In this document: positions 23,681-36,001 of the stretch, in pieces
Numbering within the stretch: the first letter of the stretch is position 1
Layout: every line of letters starts with the position of its first letter
Program-made: the position numbers and the translations under genes
The notes under the pieces: generated by a model
Told to the model about the DNA's origin: nothing
Databases searched by the model: none
Seen by the model: the letters and a program-made list of their open reading frames with translations, nothing else
Assembly: GCA_977017645.1 (NCBI GenBank)
Contig: OZ360221.1
Location: forward strand, 64,294,001-64,358,000
Origin: Torpedo marmorata
Taxonomy: Eukaryota
Reading direction: 5' to 3'
DNA length: 64,000 nucleotides

Positions 23681-25239
23681 ACTGGATGAAGGTTGGCTCT
23701 TTCCTTAGGTACTCATATTGGCAAAGAAAAGAAAAGGAAGTACTGCTGCCTTCTATGTCACAACCATGAAACTCCAGTGTGCCAATCTTCAACAGAAACT
23801 GCGACAAGGTTATCTTGCAAATATCATTAAATTATTGATTTCAAAGTCATTGTGCTGTTCAATAACACAGATATCCCATAGATTCTAGAAATTGCTATAA
23901 ATCCAGGTTGAGAAAAATGGAACTGAGAAAGAATAGAAGAAATCAGCTTCCCAGGAAGTTCAGATGTGAGTCCTTGGCAGTCTGTGTCCTATTTTTTTTT
24001 TTTTTTAAACAGAGTAAAGAAAAATATCATAAACATAAAACGTAGAGGTATCATTGGAAACACAAAATACTTATGGATTTCTTTTATTTACTTAATCAAC
24101 TACACACAAATCTTGCAAAACTTCATTGCATTTCAACTTTGGAATTAGGTGACATTTTCAATTAGTAATGACATAGATGCTGTCTCCCTTTCTGTGATTT
24201 TAGATTTCAATCAACAGCCAGCATTCAATGTCTTCACTTCTTTTCAAAGAGCAAATGAAACAATTCACTCTTTGAATTCAAATAACAGTTATTATCTTCT
24301 CTAATATTCATAGCTCCTTCCTTACGCTGTGTATAAAACTACCAAAAGAGCAAGATGTATAAAAAGTCATTTATTATTTTTTCCCCTTTCTTTTTATTGT
24401 CACTGTGATAAAAGCTGGATTTCATTGAATCTCGGCCACAAGAGAATAAATAGTAGATTTCACTGGTCATTCTTCCTATGGTCATATTGACCAACTGATA
24501 TTCACAGTACACCATATTAGAGCATAACAATGTCCTCTGCAAATCCTTATTCTTATTCAACATCTCTTTTGCCTTACAACATTTCTGTCTTCTTTTGGAG
24601 TGATTGCAAATTCAGAGGTTTTTGGTGTATTCATACAGGATATGCAATATGACTCTGACTCTCTATTTTGTCTACCTCTGCCACCTTAGTCTCAATATTC
24701 TTAGAGAGGATAGGGAGGTTGGAGATAGGCTGTAATTGATGAGAATCAAAGAAGGGTTTTCCACGAGTTGGACAGTGCACAGATGGTGATAGGGAGAAGG
24801 ACTATTATTGATGAGAGAAGGAATATGATAATGAAAGGAGACAAAGATGTAGGTTGGAAGAACAGAAATTCAATAAGTTGAAGATTGAATGTTCAAAAGG
24901 TGAGTTTAGTGGGTAAAATGAACTGGAAAACTAAGAAGGAGATATAGGCACAGAAAGTCAAAAAACAGGTTGAAGATTGGATTTATGGAGGTGGAAATTA
25001 TTGCAGATAAATAAGAAGCAGAGATGACACCAAATTCTAGTTTGCCCTTGTGTTTTTTTGAGGTAATTTTGTTTGGGCCCATAATGTATAACATCTGATA
25101 ACCCACCTACACCATCCTAACCTACCCTGATTTTCATTTCCATTAATTTCAAATGACTAATTTTATATTATATTATTATTGTGGAGAGAAGTTGGTAGAA
25201 TTATTTGCCGTTTTTCTTTAGCAGATCACTAAAATATAT

Positions 25240-25740
25240 TTTAAAAAACAGGAGATACCTGCGGAATGCGGCTGTACAGAAGGATCCAGCTGTCTACCTT
25301 TATGAAGCACAGAGAGTGAGCTTGTCAGGGATTACAAAGGCAGATGGAATGTTGGCCTTTATTACAAGGGAGGTGGAGAATGAAAGTAGAGGACTTGATT
25401 CAATCGTACAGACCATGGATGAGTCCATACCTGGAATATTGATAGAGTTTTATGCTATATTTGTGGGCAATTCAAAGAAGATTCACTTGATTGATTCCTG
25501 GAATGAAAGTGTTGTCCTATAGGGAATAATTGAGCAAGTTGGGCCTGTACTCACTGATGTTTAGGAAAAAAATATTAAGATATAAGATTCTGAAAGATTT
25601 GACAGGTAAAAGAGAAGTTTCCCCTCCAGGGGGAATTTAGAACTAGGGAACATAGTTTCAGGAATCATCAGTTTCAGAGATGAGGAGGAAGATAATGAAT
25701 CTTTGGAATTCTTTACCCCGGGGAACTTTGGAGGTTTAGT
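25240..25740 (+). mobile_element. Decayed CR1 fragment
   Basis: KADGMLAFITR motif, agaactagggaacatagttt, gaatctttggaattctttacc. Confidence 0.7.
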
Positions 25741-26744
25741 TTTCTAAGTTGGCCTATAAAAAAAATCAAATCAATCAGTAGTGTCAATAGGGAACATAGG
25801 AGCAGCAAAGTCCACAAATGGACTTAAATTTTCCACCATTTCAGTGCCCTATTTCTCACATCTATTAGCAAGTCATCCAAGTAAAATCTAACGACAGACC
25901 TGCAAAACAGAAACATGTTATTTTGTCCTTTCGAAGGTCGTTCTTTCTACTTGCATCTTGATCTTTTCACATTCTTGTGATGGCAACTGGGCAAGGTTGG
26001 CAGGAAGCTCCAATTTCCTGTAATTCACTGGCTCTCAACCAAAAATCACATTTGTATAAAGCAGTTACTTGTGACAGCCCAGATCTATTCCACTCTAGTA
26101 GACAGATTTGGGACTGTTTGTGTGAAATCTGTTGCACTGCTTAACAGAAGGTTTATAGTTTACATTGAACAAAGTGGGGCTGGGCTGCTCAGGTGGCTTT
26201 TATCAAAGGGGAAGTTCTGGGTGGTGACTAGGAGTCTTCTGAGTTTTTTTAATGAAATGTGGCCACTCAGGTGTTGAACGTCTAACATAATGGCTCAACA
26301 CTTTGACAGGCTCTCCTGTGACCCTTTTCTGTCATTAAATGAGAGGTATAGACTTGTCTAGTGGAAGAGGAATAGGACCACAAACAAGCTCAGATGTTAA
26401 AAAAGTTTGCTCAGTTGTGGAGAGTTTGGTTGTTAGCAAATAATTTGTTTCTGATGAGGGTGAAATTTGTATCCAGTCTGGGTTAGATCACCTGGACTAC
26501 AAGAACACTTACGTCAAACTGTTGTTCATTGACTTCAGCTCAGCATTTAACACTATTATACAAAAAGAAACTTAATCAAACCCAGAGATCTGGGACTCTG
26601 TTCGTCCCTTTGCATCTGGATCCTCAATTTCCTCATTGGCAGACCCCAATCAATGCGGATTGGCCGCATCATCTTTCCTCACTGACCATCAACGCCGTGA
26701 CATATCAAGGCTGCATGCTTTATCCCCTAGTCTATTCTCTAAAC

Positions 26745-27054
26745 CAGGGTTTCCCAAACTTTTTCTTTCCACTCACATTCCACCTTAAGTAATTCCTATG
26801 CCATAGGTGCTCTGTGATTAGTAAGGGATTACTTAAGGTAGTATGTGAGTGGAAAGAAAAAGTTTGAAAACCACTGTTTTAATCGTACCTAATTGACTCG
26901 TTATGTGCACGGTTTCATAACTCCAAAGGAAATGGGCCAATGACAATTTTTCTCAAGCAAAATATTTCAGTAACAATTGAGTCTAGAGCAGTGATTCTCA
27001 ACCTTCCCTTCCCACTCACATACCACCTTAAGTAATCCCTTACTAATCACAGAG
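26745..27054. mobile_element. Palindromic hAT (Charlie-like) MITE (26745-26876) plus spacer and truncated second unit (26989-27054)
   Basis: CAGGGTTTCCCAAACTTTTT...AAAAAGTTTGAAAACCACTG with long internal inverted arms; units preceded by CTCTAAAC and GTCTAGAG (Charlie-type targets). Confidence 0.82.
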
Positions 27055-27199
27055 AATATAAGATGGAGATTGAGAATGTAGTTTGGTGAACAACAATTCT
27101 ACTCTCAACATCACTGCGACCAAGGAGTTTATTGTGGACTTTAGGAAGGGGAGGCTGAGGGACCAAACACCTGTCTTTATTAACAGGACAACAGGAAAG

Positions 27200-28045
27200 A
27201 GATTCTGATTCAGATTTCAGATTTCAGATTTATTGTCAGAGTACATACATGACATCACGTACAACCCTAAGATTCTTTTTCCCCGCAGGCCAGGCAGAAT
27301 TACCACTTATTGGTAGTGCAATAAAAAACTGTACACAATGTGCACATATAAACAAATAAACAAATGTAAACAACTGACTGTGTAATACAGAGAGGAGAAA
27401 AAACAAACAAACAATAAAGTGCAAGAGTCCTTAAATGAGTCGCTGATTGAGTTTGTCGTTGAGGAGTCTGATGGTGGAGGGGTAGCAGCTGTTCCTGAAC
27501 CTGGTGGTGCAAGTCTTGTGACCTCTTTCCTGATGGCAGCAGTGAGAACAGAGCGTGTGCTGCGTGGTGTGGATCCTTGATAATTGCTGCTGCTCTCTGA
27601 CAGCAGCGTTCCCTGTAGATGTTCTCAATGGTGGGAAGGGGTTTGCCTGTGATGTCCTGGGCTGTGTCCACTACCTTTTACGCTCGGGGGTATTGGTGTC
27701 CCCATACCAGACCATGATGCAGCCGGTCAGCACACTTTTCACCACGCATCTGTAGAAATTTGCCAAGGTTTACGATGTCATACCAAACCTCTGCAAACTC
27801 CTGAGGAAGTAGAGGTGCTGACGTGCTCTCTTCATGATGCCATTAGTGTGTTGGCTCCAGGAAAGATCCTCCGAGATAGTGACTCCCAAGATCTTAAATT
27901 TGCTCACCCTCTCCATCTCTGATCCCCCAATGATCACTGGATCTGGTTTTCCCTTCCTGAAGTCAACAATCAGCTTCTTTGTTTCGGTGACATTGAGTGC
28001 AAGGTTATTGTTGGTGCACCATTCGGCCAAGTTTTCAATCTCCCT
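27200..28045 (-). mobile_element. Rex1/Babar 3' fragment, same subfamily as 8758-10885
   Basis: Strong similarity to 8758-10010; (TCTGAAA)n tail. Confidence 0.88.
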
Positions 28046-28824
28046 TCAAGTTCTTGGGAGTCCATTTATCGGAGGACCACTCCTGGAGCCAGCACACTAA
28101 AGGTACATGAAGAAAGCACACCGATGCCTTTACTTTCTAATAAATCTGAGGAGATTTGGAATGTCATCAAATACTCTATCGCACTTCTACAGGTGCACTG
28201 TGGAAAGTATACTGACTGGTTGCATCATAGCCTGCTTTGGAAACACGCGTGTCCAGGAGTGCAGAAGGCTGCAGAGAACGGCAAACCTAGTCAAGTTCAT
28301 CACAGGCACCAACCTCCTACCCACTGAAGATATTTGTATGGGATAGTGCCTCACAAAGGTAGCCAATGTCATTAAAGATCTTCATCACTCTGGTCACAAT
28401 CTATTCTTGCTGCTACCTTTAGGCAGAAAGTACAGAAGCCTGAAGTACAGCACCTCTAGTTCAAAAACATTTTTCCCAATAGCTATCATGCTCTTAATCC
28501 TCACCATTCTACTCCAACCATAAATTACTCCAGGACCACCAAAAGATCTGTCTGTGCTATTGAAATGTCACTTTCTTTTCTTGCACTAGCTACAACTGAG
28601 AACATTTATTTATCTGTCATTTTATATTTATTATCTCTTTTTCTATGTTTGCATATTGTGGTCATTTAATTTATACTATTATAGTTGGTGTATCTTATGA
28701 CTGCAGAAAGTAAGAATGTTGGTGCATCTGACACTTATGACAAACAACTCTCTTGTACCCTCTCTGCTTAGCTTAAGGATTCAATCAAATATCATAATAA
28801 CATGGACTATTATGCTTGTAAATT

Positions 28825-29100
28825 ACAGACTTAAGACAAGAAAAGACCCATTTTCTTTCTCTCAGGGTATATGGGTCTTGGAACTCTCTTCCTCATAGGG
28901 TGATTTAAGCAGAGTCTTTAATATTTTTAAAGCAGAGGTAGATAGATACCTGATAAAAAGCAAAGTGATGCAAGGATAAGACTGGCAGACAGGAATGTGG
29001 AGTTGGGTATGCAATCAGATCAGCTATGATCTTATCAAATGACAGAGCAGGCTTGAAAAGTGGAATTGCCAGTTTCTGCTCCCAATTCATTGGTTCACAT
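28825..29100 (+). mobile_element. CR1 3' fragment
   Basis: tcttggaactctcttcctca, tttaaagcagaggtagatagat, atcagatcagctatgatcttat...gagcaggcttga tail. Confidence 0.75.
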
Positions 29101-29230
29101 GATCATAACACCTACTGTATATAGATGGCCAGTTCTATAAAAACTGTTTTTTTTATCATATATTTATCTATAAAAATGGAGAAAAAAATTAACATAAGTG
29201 TGAAAGGCAATTACATAACCACATCAATAG

Positions 29231-29480
29231 GGCGGCATGGTTAGCGTAGCGGTTAGCGCAATGCTTTAACAGCACCAGTGATGGGGTTCGAATCCTGCGC
29301 TGTCTGTAAGGAGTTTGTACGCTCTCCCCGTGTCTGCGTGGGTTTCCTCTGGGTGCTCCAGTTTCCTCCCACTGTTCAAAATGTATGGGGGGTGTAGGTC
29401 AATTGGGTGTAAATGGGCAGCACGAACTTGTGGGCTGAAAGGGCCTGTTACTGTGCTGTATGTCTAATTTTTAAAAAATA
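29231..29480 (+). mobile_element. V-SINE, third copy
   Basis: A-box TAGCGTAGCGG, B-box GGTTCGAATCC, V-domain GTGGGTTTCCTCTGGGTGCTCCAGTTTCCTCCCAC, CR1-like tail. Confidence 0.88.
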
Positions 29481-29689
29481 ATTTAATAAAGTTAAATTTT
29501 AAAATATAGCCAAATGGCCATTGACAGCAGGTTAATACCACTGAGTCAGAATAGCAGATAACTGAATAAGTATCTGCCATTCTGACTTGATGCTATAAGA
29601 TTATAAAACCACCTTATGTCAGCATTGAACGTTTTCTAGAGGCCATTATGTAATAAAAATTATATTGTGGACATCAGAATGTTTTCCAC

Positions 29690-30230
29690 CCAAAGATCCT
29701 AAGAAATGCTGATGAAAAATATAAAAGCTTTTGACAATAGCTTTCCAATATTCAATACATAGTAAATTGTTGCTTGACATTGGAAGATGCTAAATGCAAT
29801 TGCCCTTTGCTAAAAAGGAAATTCACATAAATCAGGAAATTATTGGGCAGTAAGTTGTTGGTAAACAATTAATTTCTCTATTACAGGATGAAATTGCCAA
29901 GCATCAGGTAAAATGTGATTTGATCAGTACCAGTCAGGTTTCATTAGGGCATGTTTTGAATGAGCAACTAATTGGAATTTTTTTTAAATCAGCAGAAAGT
30001 GTAAGTGTTGTAATTAATATGTTTAAATGCATTTGCTAATTTAAATCTTAAAAATGCAAATGAGTTGAAAATGGTCATACAGTGGCAGAGAACAAGAGTA
30101 AAGGGAAAGATGAACTTAAGTGATGTAGAGAAGTTTGTTATAGGTCAATTGTTATTTGTTAAATGTATAAACGAATTGGATTAGAAAAAGGTCGGGACTG
30201 TTAGTATTTGCTGCAGACCCCAAGCTAAGG
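29690..30230 (+). mobile_element. Very old CR1 RT remnant
   Basis: ttggaagatgctaaatgcaattgccctttgctaaaaagga resembles WKxANVxPLFKKG; later tgtataaacgaattgga resembles YINDLD. Confidence 0.4.
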
Positions 30231-30274
30231 ATAACAAATTGTTTTTGAAATAGAAAATGATCATTAATAACCTA

Positions 30275-30415
30275 TCTCACTGCTGATTTTGGGAGCTTGT
30301 AGTGCAAAAGTTGCTGTCTTTCTTCTGTTAGAGCAATGAGCACACTACAAAAAATACTTAATTAGTTGTGAAGCATATTAAGGAAAACACTATATAGATA
30401 CACTCTTCTTGCCTT
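30275..30415 (+). mobile_element. Deu-SINE (SacSINE1/AmnSINE1-like) 3' tail remnant
   Basis: tgggagcttgtagtgcaaaagttgctg...cacactacaaaaaatacttaattagttgtgaagca...cactatatagatac resembles the recalled Deu-SINE tail. Confidence 0.55.
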
Positions 30416-33400
30416 TAATTAGCAAAAGCAGAAGGACCTTTAATTTGTACATATGGTTTAAGAAAGTAACTGTAGACAATTATACTTTCAGTACAGTAAC
30501 CAACTTGAAAATTATTTTGCAATTACAATAAACTTGCTCTTTGTATTTAGTTGTGTGTCTAATTGTTTAGTAACGGATTTTGGAATCACAGTGGTTTGCA
30601 ACCAATGCAACTAAAACAGATAATGCTGCTCAGTAGGTCAGTAGCCATCAGTAGGGAGGTTATGTCATTTTAGACCTCATGAAGGGACTTCCACATCTCT
30701 CCAAATGCTTCTGGATCAATTGGCTATTTCCCCACTTTTGTCTTCTCCAAACATCCAGTGGTTTCCAGAAAACTGACATTTTGATTCTTTCTTATACTCT
30801 GAGGAAATATGTCTCCTGGGATTGTTATTTTCACAAATTTTCTAAGTTTGCTGTTTGCTCCTAACATGGTAAATACAACAGGCAGAGGATCTTTTCATTA
30901 TATTTATGATGATGCCAGCATTCAAGTAAATAATTATCTTAGAGGTTTTGGGAACATATTTTTGATGTTTTATTGTAATTTGCATTTAAGCTTCTCTTAT
31001 CTTTTTTTTTGTTTTACCTCTACCTTTGCACATCTTCATATCTAAAATAGTAGACATTAAAAAAAAGTCCAAAGGATTCTCCAGTCAATTTATTTTGATA
31101 TTACATTGTGCATCATTCTGGCAATTTTACTAATCCAACAAATCTATTCTTGTGTATTTTGTCACATAAAATAAATAAATGTCATATTTCCCTCGCTACT
31201 TACTCATAACATTTTGAGGTTATAGAAACAAAATATGATAACATATGAAAATATGTTGTGTTGTGATACACGTGGACGCATTTTAACAGGCACCCGGCAA
31301 ACGCAGCCTTAAATACATATTTAACTGCATTTTTGACTGTGTGAAGTTGAGAACTTAGTTGTTTGTGACCATACTTACATAAAATGTTTTGATGGCCACA
31401 GTGATATATACTTTAATTCATACATGTTGCTCTATAGCAAAGGGCCGACATAGGCGGGTGGCCTTTCTTTGTGCGGGAAACCCCTCAGGTTCGAAATCCT
31501 TTTTTCTTCCTGCACGTGGGTCCTTGTTCCAGATTCACTGAAATTTAAGAGAAGGGGTGGTTGCTTTCGATGAGTTAGATTGCAGCATATAATGTGCCAA
31601 ATTATCCCATCAACTCCGATTTAAATTCCTTCCCTGACCAGTTTTATGATCAAAATTTAGCTTCATTTCATCGGAGAATGTGCGTTTAGAAACTTTAAAT
31701 TCAGTCCATCGTTGAAAACCGTAACACGGTAGAATTATTTTAATAACGAAAATTAGAATGCAGAACAATCTCAGTTTAATTCCATCATGTTGATAATTCC
31801 GTTAATTGAATGACAAACTGGTTAAAGTATGAACAGTGATTTCCATGGGAGGTCCATTTCTGGAAGTGTGGAGAGAGCTGGCATGTAGAGCGGTATTGTG
31901 TGGTGGTAACTGAAACTCTTCACGGTGTCCACTCATGCTCCTCTCAGCTAATCCTAACTGCGGGTAAAACCGTATTCACGTTATATAAAAGATTGAAATC
32001 TATTTAAATGAGAGGAATTATTCCCTTCCCCAATTCTTGCAGTTGCCATATTGTGTGAAACTAGTAAGGAAAGTAACTACTTTTGGCAACAAGATATCCA
32101 AAGAAGAGTGTTGCTTTAAGATTCGCAGAACGATGTTGGAAAAGGGGCTTTCGGTAATTTACAATGTTGTTCAAGGTAATTTAATGCATAGATTTTTATC
32201 TCTTTTTAACCTGAAAATTACACTGTATAAATATTGGCATTAGAATTTAAAATAATTTCTGGATGTACTGTATCTTCAAGGCTTTGGGAATAATATAGTT
32301 TAAAATTAGCATATTTAAGGTCTTCGAGACGGATTTTTAATTACATCAGAGCAAAGAAAAATTGAATTTATGTGAATTTAATATTACGGTTTCAAAATTA
32401 AATGTCTTTCAGTTGCCGAAGGACGCGCAGAAATTTAAATATACGAGAGTGAAGCGGCTTTAAAATGGTCCTCAGTTGACTGTAATCGCCTCTTTCCAGT
32501 TCCTCTTCTCGCCGGAGTGGGGTGCTGCAGGTTTGCTCTCCAGAAAAGACACGCGATTCTGCTTCTCCCCAGAGTGTTTATTTAAACGGTTCTGCGATTT
32601 AGAGGATATCACACAGCAAAACAATAAAGGGCCGGGGGATGGTAGTTGGTGGGAGGAGGTGGTAGTGGGGGTTGGGAATTGGGGCATCGAATAATGATCC
32701 ACCGTACAAAAGCACTTTTATCTTAGGAATGGTTTCGAAAAAAACGAAGTTAATGATGAGTCGAAAGGTGTTTTCAAATCAACCAAAGGCAGGTCCTGCG
32801 GAGACCTCTCGTCTCAAGGTGTTTAAATCTAAAAGCAAAAACTATAAAATAAGTGTAAGATACGCGTGTGCATAACGTTTAGAAAGGGAGTATATGATGT
32901 CGGAGACCGGGGCTTTCCTTCTAGATGCTGGGTCTCCGAAACTGAAACTTAACGCAACCAGATGTAGCTTTGTTTCGTTCCACCAGAAACCCGGGCGAAA
33001 TCACAGGCATACCTGTCGATAATAGGAGATTTCTTCATGTTCCATCTTGAACTGCCCACTATGGAGGAGAAAGAACTTGGAAGTTTAAAAAAAATGCGGC
33101 GCTTTCGAGAACTGCTCGTTCCTTAAATTTCCAAAAGACCCACAGATGGCGAATATCTGATATCTTTTTGAGCAGCAGCAAGTATTCGTCATTCCCGCTG
33201 ATCCAAGTGACAGAATATATCATGACTTTTGAAATCCTACATTCATCAAATGTCTCTCAAAATTAACTTTTAAAAATCAGACTTTACGCACTGTAAATCA
33301 AGGGAAAGTTCAACTTTAATAATCGTAAAGACCTTTTAACTGCTCGTGATGCAAGATGGAATTAACATTAGAGCACAAATTAACAGTTTATAAAATAAAA

Positions 33401-35832
33401 GTAAACAAAATAATATCTTATGTTCCCACATGCAACTAAATATGTTTAGCAAAGCTGCGTCTACGAATCTGTGCACTTTATCTTGTGTTTCTTACTGCGT
33501 AGCCCACCAATCATTTAGATTTTCGATGTTGTTTAATTTTGAAATAAAATTGGGGACTGTAAAGCTGGCTTGAAATAATAATCCTACCTAACGTTCGCGT
33601 GCTTCTCCGTAATGAAACCTATTCCCCGAGGTCGGGCAGCCTAAACGTCAATCAAAGAAGCTGATTCAGAATGCCATTGTTTGTATCCAACGTCACTGGT
33701 TTTCCTCTTCTGTTAACTTACAATGAAATGGCCGTCTGATCACTCATTCGTAATGTAGGTCATTATTTTGCTAAATCCAAGAAAAAATGTCCCAATCTTT
33801 CAGCCAGAGATGTTGCCTGACGCTTTACAAACAGAACCGTGTTTACTCAGCACGTTTTTGGACTACTCTGGGTTTATTTAAATCCAGCCACTGAAAAGGA
33901 CAATGAATGCAGATGGAAAGCCCGATAGAAAGCAGTATGGCACATCTCATTAAAGCATTGCGAGCCACTACCTTATATTAGACATTTAATTCTGTGTTCT
34001 TTAAAGGTTACAAATAAAAAATTAACATTCTGTGCGTTCTGAAATGCTGGGGGAAATGTGTGATTTCGTGATATGTTGATTATATGGATTCATATTGACC
34101 AGAAATTTTATATTCTATTTGTAATCGGGGTTTTATAAACTGGATAAATAGATATGTTTCTCCAGATATATCCTAAGATGATTCGTCATGACTCTCAGCT
34201 GTTGTTTTCTGTGTAAGTGTTGCGAAAAAAATGGATATCCAAATAGAGTATTTTTCCAGTTCACTCTTTTTGTTCTTTGTGTATTTTTATTCCCTTTCTT
34301 TTTCTTAGTTATAATTGCAGTAGAATCATTGTCGAATGTTTTCACTGGTGCTTCGTTCTCAGGAAGTTTAGTACTTCCATGATATAATAGAAAGAAGATG
34401 AAGCTGCAAGTCTAAATATGCACGCTAACTCTGGTTGTCGTATAAGTAAGTTGTTAAGGTGTCTGCTACAATGCTGTTTTAGAGAATTCTGAAGTATACC
34501 CAACGTAAAGCGAGTTCTGAAGACAATCGACTGTTACTTGTTTTTTCTGATTTTTTTTAATGATGGGGAAAGGTGAAAAAGAAAAGATGTTCGTAATTGA
34601 ATTATGCTTTCTCCAACTTGTCTGTACAGTATTATTTTCCAGAAAAATATCGCTAATAAAGGAAGTGGAGAACCCCAGAGTTTTCCAAGTGTCGCCGCTT
34701 GGATGAAGTGGAATGTTGTGTTTTCTTGCAGCTGCCCGCAGACAATCTAGCACAATGTTAATTAACCGTCAATGCTGTTAAACGTCTACCATAAAGGCAC
34801 AGTGAAATTATTTAAGGATATTGTTCTATAATAATCCTTCATCTTTTTTCTTCATTTGAAAGTAAAATCCGATAGTCAGAACATGCAGATACAAAGGGAG
34901 TTTGACTTATCTGTACATAGATCAATATTCAAAACGTGAAAGGGACGTTCACGTTTATTCAGCACGCATTAATATTAAAACATAAGAAATGGTTATTCCT
35001 GGTAAACTCGGCTGCAAATCCTGGAATATTTTACAATTCGAGTTTTCTTAAGTTTAACACACAACGCATTGAATCTTAAGTGCTCTTTTTGTTTCATTCA
35101 TTATGAGTTCTGACTGTCAGCTGGTTTCTGATTTGACGACAGGTGAATCCATAGGCTTTTTTGCACTTCTCTTTGGAAAAGGGTCTTTCCGTTTTCAGTT
35201 GTGAAAAAATGGACTGCAAAAAAGACTAATAAAATTTAAACAATCTATAATTAACGTACAGAAGACATTTATTAAGCAAAAAGGTTCCACGTTTTACTGT
35301 ATAATTATATTAATTGACATCAACTTACAGTGGGTTACAGAGAAAGGTCATTCCAATTTAATTTTCGATTTTAGCTTCCAATTTGAATACTTTTTTGGTC
35401 ACAAATCTCCATGTATGCAAAACAGGATATATTATTGCCATTTTTATAATCCCATTCATTGGGATTGCTTTCAAAAACAATCGTTAATCTTAATCTTTCC
35501 ATATCTCCAAACTCCAAAGGGAATCGATTGAGACGCCTTACTTTAATACCTTGCATCTGATAAATGAAAGTAGATTCATGACAAACGTTCTTTCTCCTCA
35601 AATGAGCAAAATGTTACAAAATAGTTTATAGGCAATATCTTCTCCTCAAAACATTTTTATTTTCTCGAAAAAAATGTAAAAATAAACAATGTGTAATAAC
35701 CCAGCGCAAGTTGAATTCCAGGACGTTTATGTTCATATTTATGTGTTTTAATGAGTGCTTGGTTTGGGTTCACATCATTTCTTAACCCACGAAATCACAA
35801 TTACGACTACGACTGGAGGCTGATGATCAGAA

Positions 35833-36001
35833 NNNNNNNNNNNNNNNNNNNNNNNNNNNNNNNNNNNNNNNNNNNNNNNNNNNNNNNNNNNNNNNNNNNN
35901 NNNNNNNNNNNNNNNNNNNNNNNNNNNNNNNNNNNNNNNNNNNNNNNNNNNNNNNNNNNNNNNNNNNNNNNNNNNNNNNNNNNNNNNNNNNNNNNNNNNN
36001 N
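35833..36001. other. Assembly gap (169 N)
   Basis: Run of N. Confidence 1.

Larger units (their letters stand above)
26485..28745 (+). mobile_element. Decayed Rex1/Babar element hosting a hAT MITE pair and an antisense Rex1 copy
   Basis: [45 protein letters not shown] motifs around the nested insertions. Confidence 0.78.

Noticed and set aside
24690-24750. Minus-strand NYSLSPTS/ISNLPILSK-like L2 RT motif
   Set aside because: Too short and decayed to delimit an element with confidence.
29231-29310. tRNA-like A/B boxes (also near 3270-3348 and 6580-6658)
   Set aside because: SINE heads followed by V-domain and tail; not tRNA genes.
31480-31505. B-box-like GGTTCGAAATCC followed by a T run
   Set aside because: Imperfect B box, no convincing A box or cloverleaf.
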